64,000 nt of DNA, taken from contig NC_057710.1 of NCBI RefSeq assembly GCF_004010195.1, forward strand, positions 144,196,899 to 144,260,898. The letters run 5' to 3'. This stretch comes from Chiloscyllium plagiosum. Its lineage: Eukaryota. A program made the position numbers and the translations under genes. Under the pieces are notes generated by a model. That model saw only the letters and a program-made list of their open reading frames with translations. It did no database searches and was not told where the DNA came from. Below, piece after piece: positions 12,051 to 24,507 of the stretch. The first letter of the stretch is position 1; each line of letters begins with the position of its first letter.

Positions 12051-12108
12051 GTTTAAAATTGGACCCCAGTCAAGGAACAAACTAACCATTATCAGTAGAA
12101 GAGTCTAT

Positions 12109-12418
12109 TTAGATTAGATTCCCTACAATGTGGAAACAGGCCCTTCGGCTCAACAACTCCACACCGACCTTCCAAAGAGTAACCTACTCTGACCCATTTC
12201 CTTTGACTAATGCACCTAACACTGTAGGCAATTTAGCATGGCCAATTCACCTGACCTGCACATCTTTGGATTGTGGGAGGAAACCGGAGCACCCAGAGGA
12301 AACTCACGCAGACACATGGAGAATGTGCAAACTCCACACAGACAATCATCTGAGGCTGAAATCAAACCTGCGTCCCTGGTGCTGTGAGGCAGCAGTGCTA
12401 ACCACTGAGCCACCATGC
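12109..12418 (-). mobile_element. V-SINE (HE1-like), full length
   Basis: A box TGGCTCAGTGG, V-domain GTGTGGAGTTTGCACATTCTC, CR1-like tail, (AATCT)n. Confidence 0.92.
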
Positions 12419-12534
12419 GGCTCCATCTATTGTTGAGAGTTGTGCAGGTGGTCAACTGAGAGGTGTCAAATCTGCAGAGTGTGGGAGACAGACAGCCAGA
12501 AGCTGCCAAGAGATGTTATAAAGATCACTGATAT

Positions 12535-12750
12535 TCAGTTTGGGTTCCATTAAGACGACTAGATTTCAGGCTTCTTCACAACCATGAACCAATCGATAAT
12601 AAAAGAGCTGAATTCCAGAGATGGGGTGTGAGTAACTGCCCTCAATGACAAGATAGCATTTAACTGAGTGTGACATCAAGGGCCTGTAGTGAAATTAAAG
12701 TCAATGGGAATCAGGGAGAAAATTTACCATTGGTTTGAATAATACCTATG
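12535..12750 (+). mobile_element. LINE family 2 RT fragment
   Basis: FGF, VRVTAL..K.AF..V.HQG.VVKLKSMGIR. Confidence 0.7.
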
Positions 12751-12961
12751 TCATGACTATGTCAATATAATATGTATTTTGTTAAGGAATGTTAATCTGT
12801 CCGTAAAACTAGACACGTAATCCTGCAAAGTGGCTCCCAACTTGTTGAGTCACTACAACCTAAGGGGGGTGGGAACATGAGGTGTAGCCAAACTGGGGAA
12901 TGTGGGGAGCAGCCAATGAGTAGGGGTCAGGGAGTGGGGAACAGCAAATAAAAAAAAAAAT

Positions 12962-13270
12962 TGGGCAGCGCAGTGACACAGTGGTTAGCACTGCTGCCTC
13001 ACAGCGGCAGGGACCCAGGTTCGATTCCTGCCTTGGGTGACTGTCAGTGTGGAGTTTGCACGTTTTCCCTGTATGTGCGTGGGCTTTCTCCGGGTGCTCC
13101 GGTTTCCTCCCACAATCCAAAGATGTGCGGATTAGGTGAATTGTTCATGCTAAATTGCACATAGTTAAGGGTGAATATGGGGAATGGGTCTGGGTGGGTT
13201 ACTCTTCAGAGGGTCGGTGTAGAATCTGTTGAGGTTAAGGGCCTGTTTCCATACTGTAGGGAATCTAATC
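12962..13270 (+). mobile_element. V-SINE, full length
   Basis: B box GGTTCGATTCC, V-domain, GGGCCTGTTTCC tail. Confidence 0.92.
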
Positions 13271-13894
13271 AAAGGAAACAAAGGTATACAGACTGATGTG
13301 TTATTTTAGCATCAATCAAAAAGGGGGACATTTCGAATGTGATTAAGCCTTGAACAACACAGTGGGCCCTTCGAAATGAATGAGAATTTAAAACTTCAGA
13401 GAAAACAGGAGATTGGAGGAAACCAAAGGGAATTCCAGCATAACTATACTTTGTGAAAAATCAATCATCAAGGTTAACATGGCAGCCATTTTGCTTTGGT
13501 AGTTTCAAAGCAGGCTACAAGACATCATTTTGGCAGAACTCTTGACTAACTCTGAGATATCCCATTGGAGAGGTAGGATTCTCAACAGGAAGGAAAACTA
13601 ACTGTGAGCTGCTATACTGAACCAGGTTACCAAGTACAATGACCTTGCAGTGCTGTAAAAGCGAAATAAAGGGACCTTCTTCCCTCCTGCCTCTGGTCCT
13701 GCTCAATTGACATTGAAACTGCAAACTAGTTGACTACAGACACCATCACAGCTACTGAATTCTGAGTTCAAGTTTTCAACTCAGTTTTTGGAAAGGAAGT
13801 CTTAAGGCAATGCAAATTTGCTGCATGTAGAGCACTTTTACTGATATGTCTGGTGTGGTGTGACAGCGAGCACAAAGGTGGGAAACTGTAGCTG

Positions 13895-14838
13895 TCGATT
13901 CCCCAGGATATTAATGCAGTTAGTCCCTCCAGGTTCCTTGGCACAAACATCTTTATCTGTTTCATTAATGACCTTCCATCCACTACAGGTTCAGAAGTGA
14001 GGCTGTTCACTGATGACTGTGGAGTGTTCAGCACCATTTGTGACTCTTTAGATACTGATGTAGTCTGCACCTGCATAACAGCAGATTTCACAATATTCAG
14101 GTACAAATGGATGAGTGGCAATTGACATTCACACTACACTGTGCACGGCATTGATATTTAATAGTATTAGCATTGCAAAATCCCATTTTAACAACAGCCT
14201 GAGGTTATCACTGAGCAGAAACTAAACTGGAGCAGTCGTATAAGTACTATGGCTACAAGCAAAAGGCAGAGGTCCGAAAACCTTTCGCAAGTAACTCACT
14301 TCCTGACTCCTCAAAACCTGTCCACCATGTATAAGGCAAAATTCAGGAGTGTGAAGGAATAATCTCTACTAACCTGGATGTTTGCAGCTTCAAAAACAAT
14401 CATGAAGCTTAACACATCTAAGACAAAGCTTTCAGCTTGATTGGCACCACATTCCTCAACTCCAACATTCACTCCCTTTCCCTGATGCACAGTGACAACA
14501 GTGTGTAATGTCTAAGAGATTCATTGCAACAACTCAATAAGCACCCTTCAGTGTCACTTTCCAAACCTGTGATCTACACCACCTGCAAGATCAAGGACAG
14601 CAAAAGCGTAGAACTATCACCCAGTCACACAGCATTCTGACTTGGAACTATATCACCATTCTTTCACTGTCAATGGGTCAAAATCCTCGAACCATCTCCC
14701 CACCATCACTATGACTGTCCCTATAAGACATAGACAAGAGTGGTACAAGATGACTGACCATCACCTTCTCAAAGGCATTGAAGGCAATACATACTGAACT
14801 TATCAATGGTGTTTAAATCCCTTGAGTGAATATTAAAA
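13895..14838 (+). mobile_element. CR1/L2-group LINE (family 2) RT and 3' end
   Basis: CFINDLPSTTGSEVRLFTDDC, YKAKFRSVKE, tail CACCTTCTCAAAGGCA; probably continues the 12535-12750 fragment. Confidence 0.8.
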
Positions 14839-15179
14839 TGGAACAATGGAATCCAGTTAAGGGTTGACTTGCTTGACCCCTCAGAAGAGCAGCTCTTCCA
14901 CTGGGTAAGAGAAGACTTCTGCAGCTCTGTTTGTCATTGGACATGGTGTTGACATATTACTGGTGGCTATGAAATAGACCACCATTCCCAACCTGATTGA
15001 TCTTGGAATGTTCAAGGACACGTAAAAATCTATATCCAAGATTATCCAGTTGGCTACACGAAAACACACATGGTTGGTCTCTAACAGTTCTTTACCAAGA
15101 TCAGCAATTATGACAACTTGGCCTTTGAAGCTGGAAGGATGTTTTCCTTTCTCGGTAAAAGTAGACACAGCTTAAAAAA

Positions 15180-15440
15180 CAATGGCTCTCTCATTAAAGA
15201 TAAAAGCAAGGAGAATTTATTTTAAATCTCATATGTGTTTGGACTTCTTCCCAAGGAGTGATGGAGGGATGGTCATTGATTATTTTTAAGGCAGTTTGGT
15301 AGATTCTTGATGAACAAGGGAATCAAATGTTATTAGAGTTAAGTGGGAATGTGGAGTTGACATGCAGTCAGATTAGTTACCATCTAATTGATTTATGCCA
15401 CACGCTTGAAGGACCGAATGGTCTAATTCAAATGTTTGCA
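15180..15440 (+). mobile_element. Old CR1 3' end
   Basis: TTTAAGGCAG..GGTAGATTCTTG..AAGGGAATCAA...GAAGGACCGAATGGTCTA. Confidence 0.6.
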
Positions 15441-16261
15441 TGTAAGATGCTAATCAGACTGACTGTGTGCTAGAGATTCTGTGTCAGATTGGTTTCCCAC
15501 ACAAAGGTCATTGATTACACACACGTAACAATTCATTCACCATCAGATCACTCAGGAGCATTCATTAACTGCAAGTGATTTTATTGCATCAGAGCTCTGC
15601 TAGTTTGTAACTACAAGAGAGTTTCATGCTGGGATACAGTAAATCTCCCAAAGAGCTGCCAACTTTAATTCTACAGCAGTCCAAGCTCTCAGACCTTGTT
15701 GGACCCACAAACATAGTAGATGGGTGAGTGATTATTAGTGTACAAAGATAAAGACCTTTCAAGCATGGCTGATAGTATACAGCAGAAACACGCCAAATGA
15801 AATTCAAGAGTGGTACAACTATGAGTGGTACACAGCCAACTATGCTCTTTTAACAAGCAATTGGCATATACAAGATCTGCTTTAGTTTCTTGGATAGATC
15901 AGGAGGCACCCAAAGTACTCATCATTCAGGGCTCTCCAGAATGAGCATGGGGTGCCTGTACTTATCCTGCATTGGACTGATGTAATAACTTCTTCCAATA
16001 GATACTTATTCCTCCCTTCCATCTTACAAACCCCACTGATTTGGAACAGTCCAACTGCCAATCAACAACTGACTGCACCTCCTCCCACCAGTCAGAAGGT
16101 ATTGCCTTCATTATTCTTCCAGAAGGATCTGAAATAACAGGTTGTTATGTTTATTGCATGACAGCAATAAGTAGAACGACATTTGGTCAGGTATAATCAT
16201 AAAGACCTTCTGGAGCTGGAACAGATACATCTGCTCACTTCTGGAACTGGGTTAAGATGGC

Positions 16262-16320
16262 GGGAGGGGAAATGAGGAAACTGGTGAAGTCTACATTGAT
16301 ACCGTGGGGTTGAAGGGTTG
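16262..16320 (-). mobile_element. PLE fragment
   Basis: Reverse strand encodes TLQPHGINVDFTSFLISPP. Confidence 0.7.
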
Positions 16321-16600
16321 TTATTAGTTGTTCAGGTGAAAAGGATCTCAGGAAAGTTACGCAGTTGGTGGAGTGTCTGAAGATTCTTCATATACTCCAT
16401 ACTTTGGTATAAACAATATAGATACAATCAGAGTTGTCCCGACCTGAGGGAGAATGATGTTGATCGGACCTATAAAACCTGAAGGTGAAAGCTACTTCTG
16501 GTTAAGACTCCTGATCCATTTTCTGTGAATAAAAGGTAACATATTATGGAACTATGCATTTAGGACCACGTTTGTGAAGGGAGAGAGGGGAATTCTTTTA

Positions 16601-16820
16601 TAGGTCATTCTGCTATAACGTGCGTCTCGTTAATGTGAATTCATTATAATAGGCGTTGACGAATTGGGGACACTGTTTCTAAAGTGGAAACTTTTAAAGC
16701 GTGTATAGCTTATAATGTGATTCTGGTCCCATGAGTTTAACTGTTGCTGTTATTAGCCGATTTTCTCATAACACTGGATTGCACAAGAATGGAGCTATCG
16801 CATTACAGCAGAACTGACTG
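16601..16820. mobile_element. MITE, Tc1/mariner-pogo type
   Basis: Imperfect TIRs (TAGGTCATTCTGCTATAACG vs reverse complement CAGTCAGTTCTGCTGTAATG), TA on both flanks, non-coding. Confidence 0.65.
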
Positions 16821-17461
16821 TAGTTGCATATGACACACCGTATTTGTTGTTATGATAATTTAAATAAAGTTTACCTTTTGATTTGAAGCATCATTTGCTT
16901 AGTCATATTTAATTAGTACAGGTTCAAGGGTGTATTCAAATAAAAGTTACAAAAAAGTGAAATCTTGTTAGTAATTGCTTTATTTGGGTTATAAGCAACA
17001 AATCTGGTTATTTTAGCTTAAATTTCCCATGTGGATAACAATAACATTTATAAACATAGGAAAAGTATTATGCAGGATGCAATAAATTTAACATAATAGT
17101 CTGTTGACAGAAAATACAGCAGACAATTTAACACGAGAAAAACAAGCACAGCAGATGATAAATAACGTAAACAACAAATGAGCCGTTAGTTTGTTTATAT
17201 CCCAGATATCCTTCCGTTGGTGTTTTGTACATGATAATAGATGGTCAATAAATCACAAACTTATCATAGCTTTCAGCTCATCTCCAACTGATGGAAACAT
17301 TGTCACAAACATACTCAAATTCACACCACAGTAAACAACATTAAGCACCACAGAAGGAAAATATGTCAGTTTATAAACTCAGAAAGTTTCCACACAATTG
17401 AATATTCGATCCACTGTCTGCACTATTCCAATGTTAATCTTGCAGTCAAAATGAATTTTTA

Positions 17462-17981
17462 AAAATTAATTTGGGGTTATGACATTCACTGACAGTGCCT
17501 AGCATTTACATCCATTCCTAATTATCCTGGAGAAGGTGGTGGTGAGCTGCCTTCTGAAACACTGTAGTTCATTTATTTGTAGCTATATCCATAATGCTGT
17601 TAATTTAGATTAGATTAGATTCCCTACAGTATGGAAACAGGCCATTTGGCCCAACAACGATCCTCCGAAGAGTAACCCATCCCCCCTTCTGACTAATGCA
17701 TCTAACACTATGGACAATTTAGCATGGCCAATTCATCTGACCGGCACACCTTTGGATTGTGGGAGGAAACCCACGCAGACACGGGGAGAATGTGCAAACT
17801 CCACACAGGCAGTTGTCCAAGGCTGGAATCGAACCTGGGGCCCTGGTGCTGTGAGGCAGCAGTGCTAACCACTGAGCTACCATGCGTTAAGGAGGGAGCT
17901 TCAGGATTTCGACTCTGCGACACTGAAGGAGTAATAATTTATTTCCACATCAGTTTGGTGAGTGGCTTGGGGGTGAACTTG
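17462..17981 (-). mobile_element. LINE family 2 3' end (duplicate of 18632-18860), split by a V-SINE
   Basis: Colinear with 18632-18860 once 17604-17885 is removed. Confidence 0.8.
17604..17885 (-). mobile_element. V-SINE
   Basis: A/B boxes and V-domain; GTTAA on both flanks (17599-17603, 17886-17890). Confidence 0.9.
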
Positions 17982-18294
17982 GGGGTCAGCGCTTTCCCAT
18001 TTACAGTTAAAATACTTTTTTGAGTGAGATTCACAATGTCTGGCCCACCATGACATGAAGTGACCTTTCTCACACACCACCGATCATTACCTCATTAGTT
18101 ACACAGCCAGGTTTTGGTGTATCCTTCTTGGGGAAGTGCATACCCAAAAAGCAGAGCTACTCACCGATGCTGCCAACTTCCTGGTGTTCAGGCTGCTAGC
18201 GTCAGGCTGAGAGCTTGCAGCTGGACACCACTTCAGACACTGGAAGCCAGCCACGGCCCCTCAGAGTGTGCTTTCGAGCGTCTACATCCAGGAC

Positions 18295-18528
18295 ATGGCC
18301 CAGACCAGAGGAAAGCTCACAACCTGCTTCACAGACAAGGAGCTGGAGATGCTTGTGGATGGGGTCGTGGAGAAGAGGCCAGTCTTTATTTCTACGGATG
18401 GTCACAGAAGATCATGCCTCCAGACCATGTCAGCCTGGAACCAAAGTGCAAGTCAGGTTGTGTCCCAGATGAAGGAAGACTCCCAGTGTTTGAGGAAGAG
18501 GATCAATGACATTCTGCACTCTATAAAG
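18295..18528 (+). pseudogene. Harbinger-type Myb/SANT DNA-binding gene remnant
   Basis: FTDKELEMLVDGVVEKRPVF...AWNQ...QCLRKRINDIL is a NAIF1/MSANTD-like trihelix pattern; ends at AAG|GTAATA. Confidence 0.7.
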
Positions 18529-19238
18529 GTAATAGCAGCCATATTCTCCCTTTTGACTCACACCAAGTGACCACCAACTCACTCCGACACTGCCTCTCGC
18601 CAGAATTGATGGGCTAGATCTGTGTTTTTTTTAATTCATTTGGGGTTATGACTTTCACTGACAGTGTATAGCATTTATGTCCATTCCTAATTATCCTGGA
18701 GAAGGTGGTGGTGAGCTGCCTTCTGAAACACTGCAGTTCATTTATTTGTAGCTATATCCGTAATGCTGTTCAGGAGGGAGCTTCAGGATTTCGACTCAGC
18801 GACACTGAAGGAATCATAAATTTCCATGTCAAGATGGTGAGTGGCTTGGGGGTGAACTTGCAGATTGTATGTATCTGCTGCCCTTGTTCTTTCAGACGGT
18901 GGTGGTTATGGGTTTAGAAGGTGCTGTGTGAGGAATCTTGGTGAAATTCTGCAGTTTGTGTTGGAGCTTGTACACATTGCTGCTACTGAGCATCAGTGGT
19001 GGAGAGAGTATGTGGATGAGGTGTTAATTATGTAAACTGCTTTGACCTGGGTGGTGCTTAGCTTATGGAGAATTATTGGAGCTGCACTCATCCGGGCAAG
19101 AGGGAATATTCCAATACCCCTCGTAGTTGGTGGACAAGTTTTCGAGTGTTGGGAGGTGACAGACTCACGGTAATATCCATAGCCTCTGTCCTGCTCTCGT
19201 AACCATTGTATTAATATAGCTAGTCTATTTCAGTTTTG

Positions 19239-19425
19239 AGGAGAAAGTGAGGTCTGCAGATGCTGGAGATCAGAGCTGAAAATGTGTTGCTGGAAAAGCG
19301 CAGCAGGTCAGGCAGCATCCAGGGAACAGGAGAATCGACGTTTCGGGCATAAGCCCGAAATGTCGATTCTCCTGTTCCCTGGATGCTGCCTGACCTGCTG
19401 CGCTTTTCCAGCAACACATTTTCAG
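19239..19425. mobile_element. PLE-derived foldback mini-element
   Basis: 75 bp arms (19274-19348 / 19353-19427), 4 nt loop, 14 bp TSD CTATTTCAGTTTTG. Confidence 0.9.
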
Positions 19426-20769
19426 CTATTTCAGTTTTGGTCAATGGTAATATGATTGAATATAATAGGGAAATAGTATATTCCCTTTTGTTGAAGATGG
19501 TCATTGCATGGCACTTGTGTGGTGTGAATGTTACTTGTCAATTGTTAGCACTAAACTGAATATTGTCCAGGTCTTGCTGCATTTGAACATGGGCTACTTT
19601 AATATCTGAGGAGTTACAAATGGTGCTGAATATTGTGCAACCATCAGATGAAAGGAAGGTCATTGATAAAGCAACTGAAGATGGTCGGGCCTAGGACATC
19701 CTCCTAAGAAAATCCTCCCATATATTTTGGAACTTAAATGATTAGCCTCCAAAATTCAAAATCATCTTGCTTTGTGCCAGGTATTTCCTCCTGGTTCTAC
19801 TGATTCCAGTTTTGCCAAGGCGCCTTGATGCCACACTCAGTCGAATGCAGCTGTAATGTCAAGGGCTGTCACTCTGACCTCCCCTCTGCAATTCAGCTCT
19901 TTTGTCCACGTTTGATCCAAGGCTGTAATGGGGTCAGTAGCTGAGTGGCCCTGGCGGAACCCAAACTGGGTGTCACTGAGCAGGTTATGGCTGAGCACGT
20001 GCTGCTTGATCGCACTGTCACTGATGACCGAGAGTCGACTGATTGGGCAATAATTAGCTGGGTCGAATTTATTCTGCTTCTTGTGTACAAGACAGGCCGA
20101 GAAAACTCTCTACGTGTTCAAGTAGATATTGTTGCTTTACTGGAACAGCTTGGTGAGGGGCGCGACAAGTTCTGGAGCACATTTCATACTATTCTTGGAG
20201 TATTATAGGACCCATAGCCTTTGCAGTAGGTAGCGCCTTCAGCCATTTCATAATATCACGTGGAGTGATTCAAATTAGCTGAAGGCTGGCATCTGTTGAC
20301 CTCAGGGAAGGACCGAGATAGGTCATCTACTTGGCACTTCTGTTCAATGTTGTTAAAGACGTTTCAGCCTGATCATATATATCGATGTGGTGGGCTCTGC
20401 TTCCATTATTTGTGAAGCCTCCTCTTACTTGTGCACCACACACCATTCATGACTGCAGAGCGTAGATCTGGTTATCAGATCATTTAGCTCTGTCTGTCAC
20501 TTGCTGCTTATGCTTTAGTACACAGGTTGACCTGCTTTGTATCTTAACTAGGTTGACACATCATTGTTAGGCATGGTGGGTGCTGCTGCTGGCATGCCCT
20601 CCTGCACTCTCCATTGAACCAGGGTTGACAGAGGCTAACTTCAATGTGAAGACAGCACTTTGTCCCCACAATGCCTGTGCACTGCTCACTCTGATTAATA
20701 CTCTCATAGAAGCCGATTGATGAGGACGTTTTTCTCTTTTGTTGGTTTCTTCACCACAGACCTAGTTCT

Positions 20770-20950
20770 TAAGGCTATAAAATACAGGAGTAGGCCATTC
20801 AGCCCATCCAGTCTGCACTGCAATTTAATAAGATCATGGCTAAGCCTCAAATGAAAATGATTAAAAATCTATCTCAGCCTTGAATGTATCTTTAATGAGC
20901 AAGCCCCTACAGCCATCTGCAGTAAAACAGTCCACAGATTCAGTACCCAA
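20770..20950 (-). mobile_element. CR1 3' fragment nested in LINE family 2
   Basis: GGAGTAGGCCATTCAGCCC...AAGATCATGGCT...CTCAGCCTTGAAT. Confidence 0.7.
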
Positions 20951-21679
20951 GGAGTTAGTAGCTGCCCTAGTTAGCCTAGCAGCCTAGCAGCTCAGTCAGT
21001 AGTTGTGCTGCCAAGCCACTCTTGCTTATGGACTTTAAGTCCCCTACCCAGAGGATATTATGCTTCCTCCAAGTGGTGTTCACCATGGACAGGTATTGGT
21101 TTAACAGCCGAGGGACCGCGGTACGTGGTAATCAGCAGGAGATTGCCTTCTCATGTTTAACCTGACGAGTTGATATTTCTTGAGCTCTGGATGAAATGTT
21201 GAGTATTTCCAGAAGTAACTACCTCTGTCCCATCTATCACTGAGCCACTGCCTCTAGTGGTGTGTCCTGCCAGTGGTACACGATGGCGATGGCATTGTCG
21301 GGGACATTTTCTTTAAGGTACAATTGCGTGAGTGCCACTATGTCAGGCTATTGCTGGCCTCGTCTGTGAGAGACTTGTCAAAGGTTTGCAGTCACCTCCG
21401 GATAGTACTGAAGGTTAACAGAGCTGAGTTTGTATTGTCATTTCAGATACCCATGTCAATACCAGATGATCGATCTGAATTTATTCCTGCTTTTGAGAGT
21501 TTTTTTTAATGGTTTGGTAAAAGTGGCTTGCTCGGCCATTTCAGAGTTGTTCAGGGCAGTTAAAAGGCAAGATGTGAGTTGGAGTCCCTTGTAGACCAGG
21601 TAGGAATGACAGACTTCCTTTGCTTAAGTGGTATTGGTGTACCATGTAGGGACATAGCTAACAGCAAACTGCAAAGAAT

Positions 21680-21772
21680 CATGTGAGAAAACACATTAGG
21701 CATCACAGAAAGAAACCCTTCATGAATCTCACCACAATTGACACTTAGCCAATTTCTGGTAAAATTCAGCCC
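21680..21772 (-). mobile_element. Harbinger-like terminal fragment
   Basis: Ends TAAAATTCAGCCC; its reverse complement resembles 26450-26540 (TTCATGAAGGGTTTCT...TTCTCAC). Confidence 0.5.
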
Positions 21773-22059
21773 AAGTCCAACTTTAAATCTGTACATCAGG
21801 TCTGAAGATGTCATCAGAAAGTTAAAAATTTAAAATGTTTCGTTCAACACCTGAGCAGGGTAAGAATGATGGTTTCTTCATCAGGCGAACACAGTGGGGT
21901 CTATGTATCTTTTTTACAACAATCGACAATGATCCCTTGTCATCTCTGGATTTTAATTCAAGATTTTATTTCTTTTGTGAATTCAAATTCCACTGTTGGC
22001 TGTGCAATTCAAAGTTCTGTCCCAGGGAATTACTTAGGTTTCTGTTACTAGTCGAGGGG

Positions 22060-22420
22060 CAATACCACTTCTTGCTCTCGATATGGTCTCCTCCACATTG
22101 GGGAGACCAAGCGGTAACTTGCGGAGAGGTTCAGGAAATATCTGTGGTCCACGCACACCAACCAACCCCACTGCCCTGTGGCCAACCACTTCAACTCCCC
22201 AACACCCTCCTCCAAGGACATGCAAATCCTGGCCCTCTTCCACTGCCAAATCAAAGCCACCTACCACATCTTCCACCTTGGGACCCTTCAACCACACGGC
22301 ATCAATATTGGCATCACCAGTTCCCAAATCTCCCCTCCCCCTACCTCATCCCAGATCCAACCCTCCAATTCGGCATGCTGCGCGACCTGCTGTGCTTTTC
22401 CAGCACCTCACTTTTTGACT
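22060..22420 (+). mobile_element. PLE GIY-YIG fragment
   Basis: GLLHIGETKR.LAERFR, ANHFNSP, LGTLQPHGINI. Confidence 0.85.
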
Positions 22421-22547
22421 GCTCTTCTATTGTATGCATCATGTCCACTTGGCAGATCTCATCCAACTTACATTCCCAAGCTACAAACTATCTTTCTCTT
22501 TAAAATGCAAAGCAAACCACAAGCCTGTTACTGAACACTTTATATCC

Positions 22548-22606
22548 CTAGTGCTTCCAAATAAATCTGTTGGACTATAACCTGGTGTTGTGTGATTTTT
22601 AACTTT
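22548..22606 (+). mobile_element. PLE terminal fragment (family of 57380-57554)
   Basis: CTAGTGCTTCCAAATAAATCTGTTGGACTATAACCTGGTGTTGTGTGATTTTTAACTTT. Confidence 0.75.
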
Positions 22607-22982
22607 ATATCCCAATGCACCAAAAAAGTAATGTGAGCTACACAGTGACTGGCAGCCTTTGAGTCAGTGTTGAAGTCTGTCAGTGCACACTGAGAAAGCA
22701 ATGTGAAGTATACAGAGGCTGGCAGTGACTAAGTAAGTGCAAAATCAATGAGTAAGAGCAATAGGATTCATGAGATGTATGTGCCTCCTTGTTCAAGGTG
22801 ACCTTGCAAAAGCATACAAGCCCTGGATATCCTAGAGCTCCAAGGTACGGCTGAAAGGTTGAATTGGTTTGTGAGTTGGTCCGAGAGTAAGCATAATAAT
22901 GCTGTGTGTCTGATGGTTCACCAATTCTGACTAACATGGATGAAATACTGAAGAAGATGATAGCCATGGAGCATGCAACATA

Positions 22983-23296
22983 TTAGATTAGATTAGGTTC
23001 CCTACAGTGTGGAAACAGGCCCTTCGGCCCAACCAGTCCACACTGACCCTCCGAAGAGTAACCCACCCAGACCCATTTCCCCTCTGACTAATGCACCTAA
23101 CACTATGGGTAATTTAGCATGGCCAATTCACCTGACTTGCATTGTAGACTGTGGGAGGAAACCGGAGCACCTGGAGGAAACCCACGCAGACACGGGGAGA
23201 ATGTGCAAACTCCACACAGACAGTCACCCGAGGCTAAAATCGACCCTGGGACCCTGGTGCTGTGAGGCAGCAGTGCTAACCACTGAGCCACCATGC
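22983..23296 (-). mobile_element. V-SINE, full length
   Basis: A/B boxes, V-domain, tail repeat. Confidence 0.92.
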
Positions 23297-24507
23297 AGAT
23301 ATGAAGAAACATTTGATGAGACTAATAAAGGTTCCGTGAGCTAATACTCCCTCTGATTTACATGACATTAATTTGCAAAGTCTCATTTCTTGGGAAGGGG
23401 AGGAGAATTGGAAGCAGAAAATACATAAAGTGAGCTACTAATGAGATGCAAATAAGGTAGTTACGGTTCAATGGTGAGATTCAAAAGTCTGCATTTAAAG
23501 CTTGAGGCAAGAGACTTTGAGGTTCTGATTGCTTCATTTTCTCTGTATTTTCCCATTTTTTGCACCGTTGCTCACGCCACCCTCGGGAGGGGAAAATGCT
23601 GTCCAAAATGTTCGATAATCCAGTACAGGTGACATACTAAAGCAGCAATTGTTTCTTTTCCTCTAAACAAGGTGCTCCGAAGTAACTTAAAAGTTTTGGA
23701 ACCTTTGTATTAATGCATCTTGAAAAGGCGTTGTTTCACCAAAAATTAAGTACTTGAGTCCAGTCCACCTTTCAGAAGTAAACGGATGTAATTTCACTGA
23801 GAACTATTCAATATGTCGGTTCTGAATCACGAAGGCATGCCAGTCACTTACTTTGTAAGTTACATTTTTTTTGAATGCTCAAATAATTTAAACATACTTA
23901 AGAAAATGAGTGGCATTTCCAGAACCAACAGACAGAAGAAATGTGCAATTTTGACTTGTGTACATTGTCAGCTTTACAGTTGAGTTCCGATTCAAGCAAA
24001 CTGAATTTGAGCCAAGTGTTAAAAAATGTAGAAAACAAGAGCGTTACATGCAGTTGGACACAACATAGCCATGTTTAACATTTCCTTCTCTTTCCTTTTG
24101 GTTCAGCAGTTTCCACCTTGGGTTTTATTGATATCCTGTACAAGGCTTGCAGAATCCAATGAAACCTTTACCATCGAGGTGTTCCTTTGCATCTGGGATG
24201 AGCTGGATTGATGTCCAGCTTGATGCACTGGAAGGTATGCATGGGAGACCTCAAAATAAGTTTCTATAAGTGGCTTTTTAACCCAGTCACATCACAGTCA
24301 GCCTACGTTTATCCAGCTTTTCCATGAAATTTACATAACGGGGGATGATGAGAACACACACAACATTGATTTAAATTCGAAGGATTAAAGGAGCACTTTG
24401 AATATATAAGTTGAAGGAGTTTGGCTTTGTAATGGAGAGTGACAGATACATTGCTCTGGAGAGACAGGCGAAGTCTGTACTCTGCTTCAGCTATGCTGCC
24501 TTTGATT

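Larger units (their letters stand above)
18625..21545 (-). mobile_element. CR1/L2-group LINE (family 2), most of ORF2, degenerate
   Basis: EN-like GNLLLITTYR and WVGDL; RT NLLSDTQFGFR, VTALDITAAFD.VWHQG, MQQDLDNIQ; T-rich tail at 18625. Confidence 0.85.

Noticed and set aside
12962-13035. tRNA-like A and B boxes
   Set aside because: SINE head; no complete cloverleaf, so not called a tRNA gene.
14881-15168. 95 aa minus-strand ORF
   Set aside because: No motif recognised in any frame; it sits between LINE fragments and cannot be supported as an exon.
21835-22503. 222 aa ORF
   Set aside because: Read-through of decayed repeat sequence and an off-frame PLE fragment.
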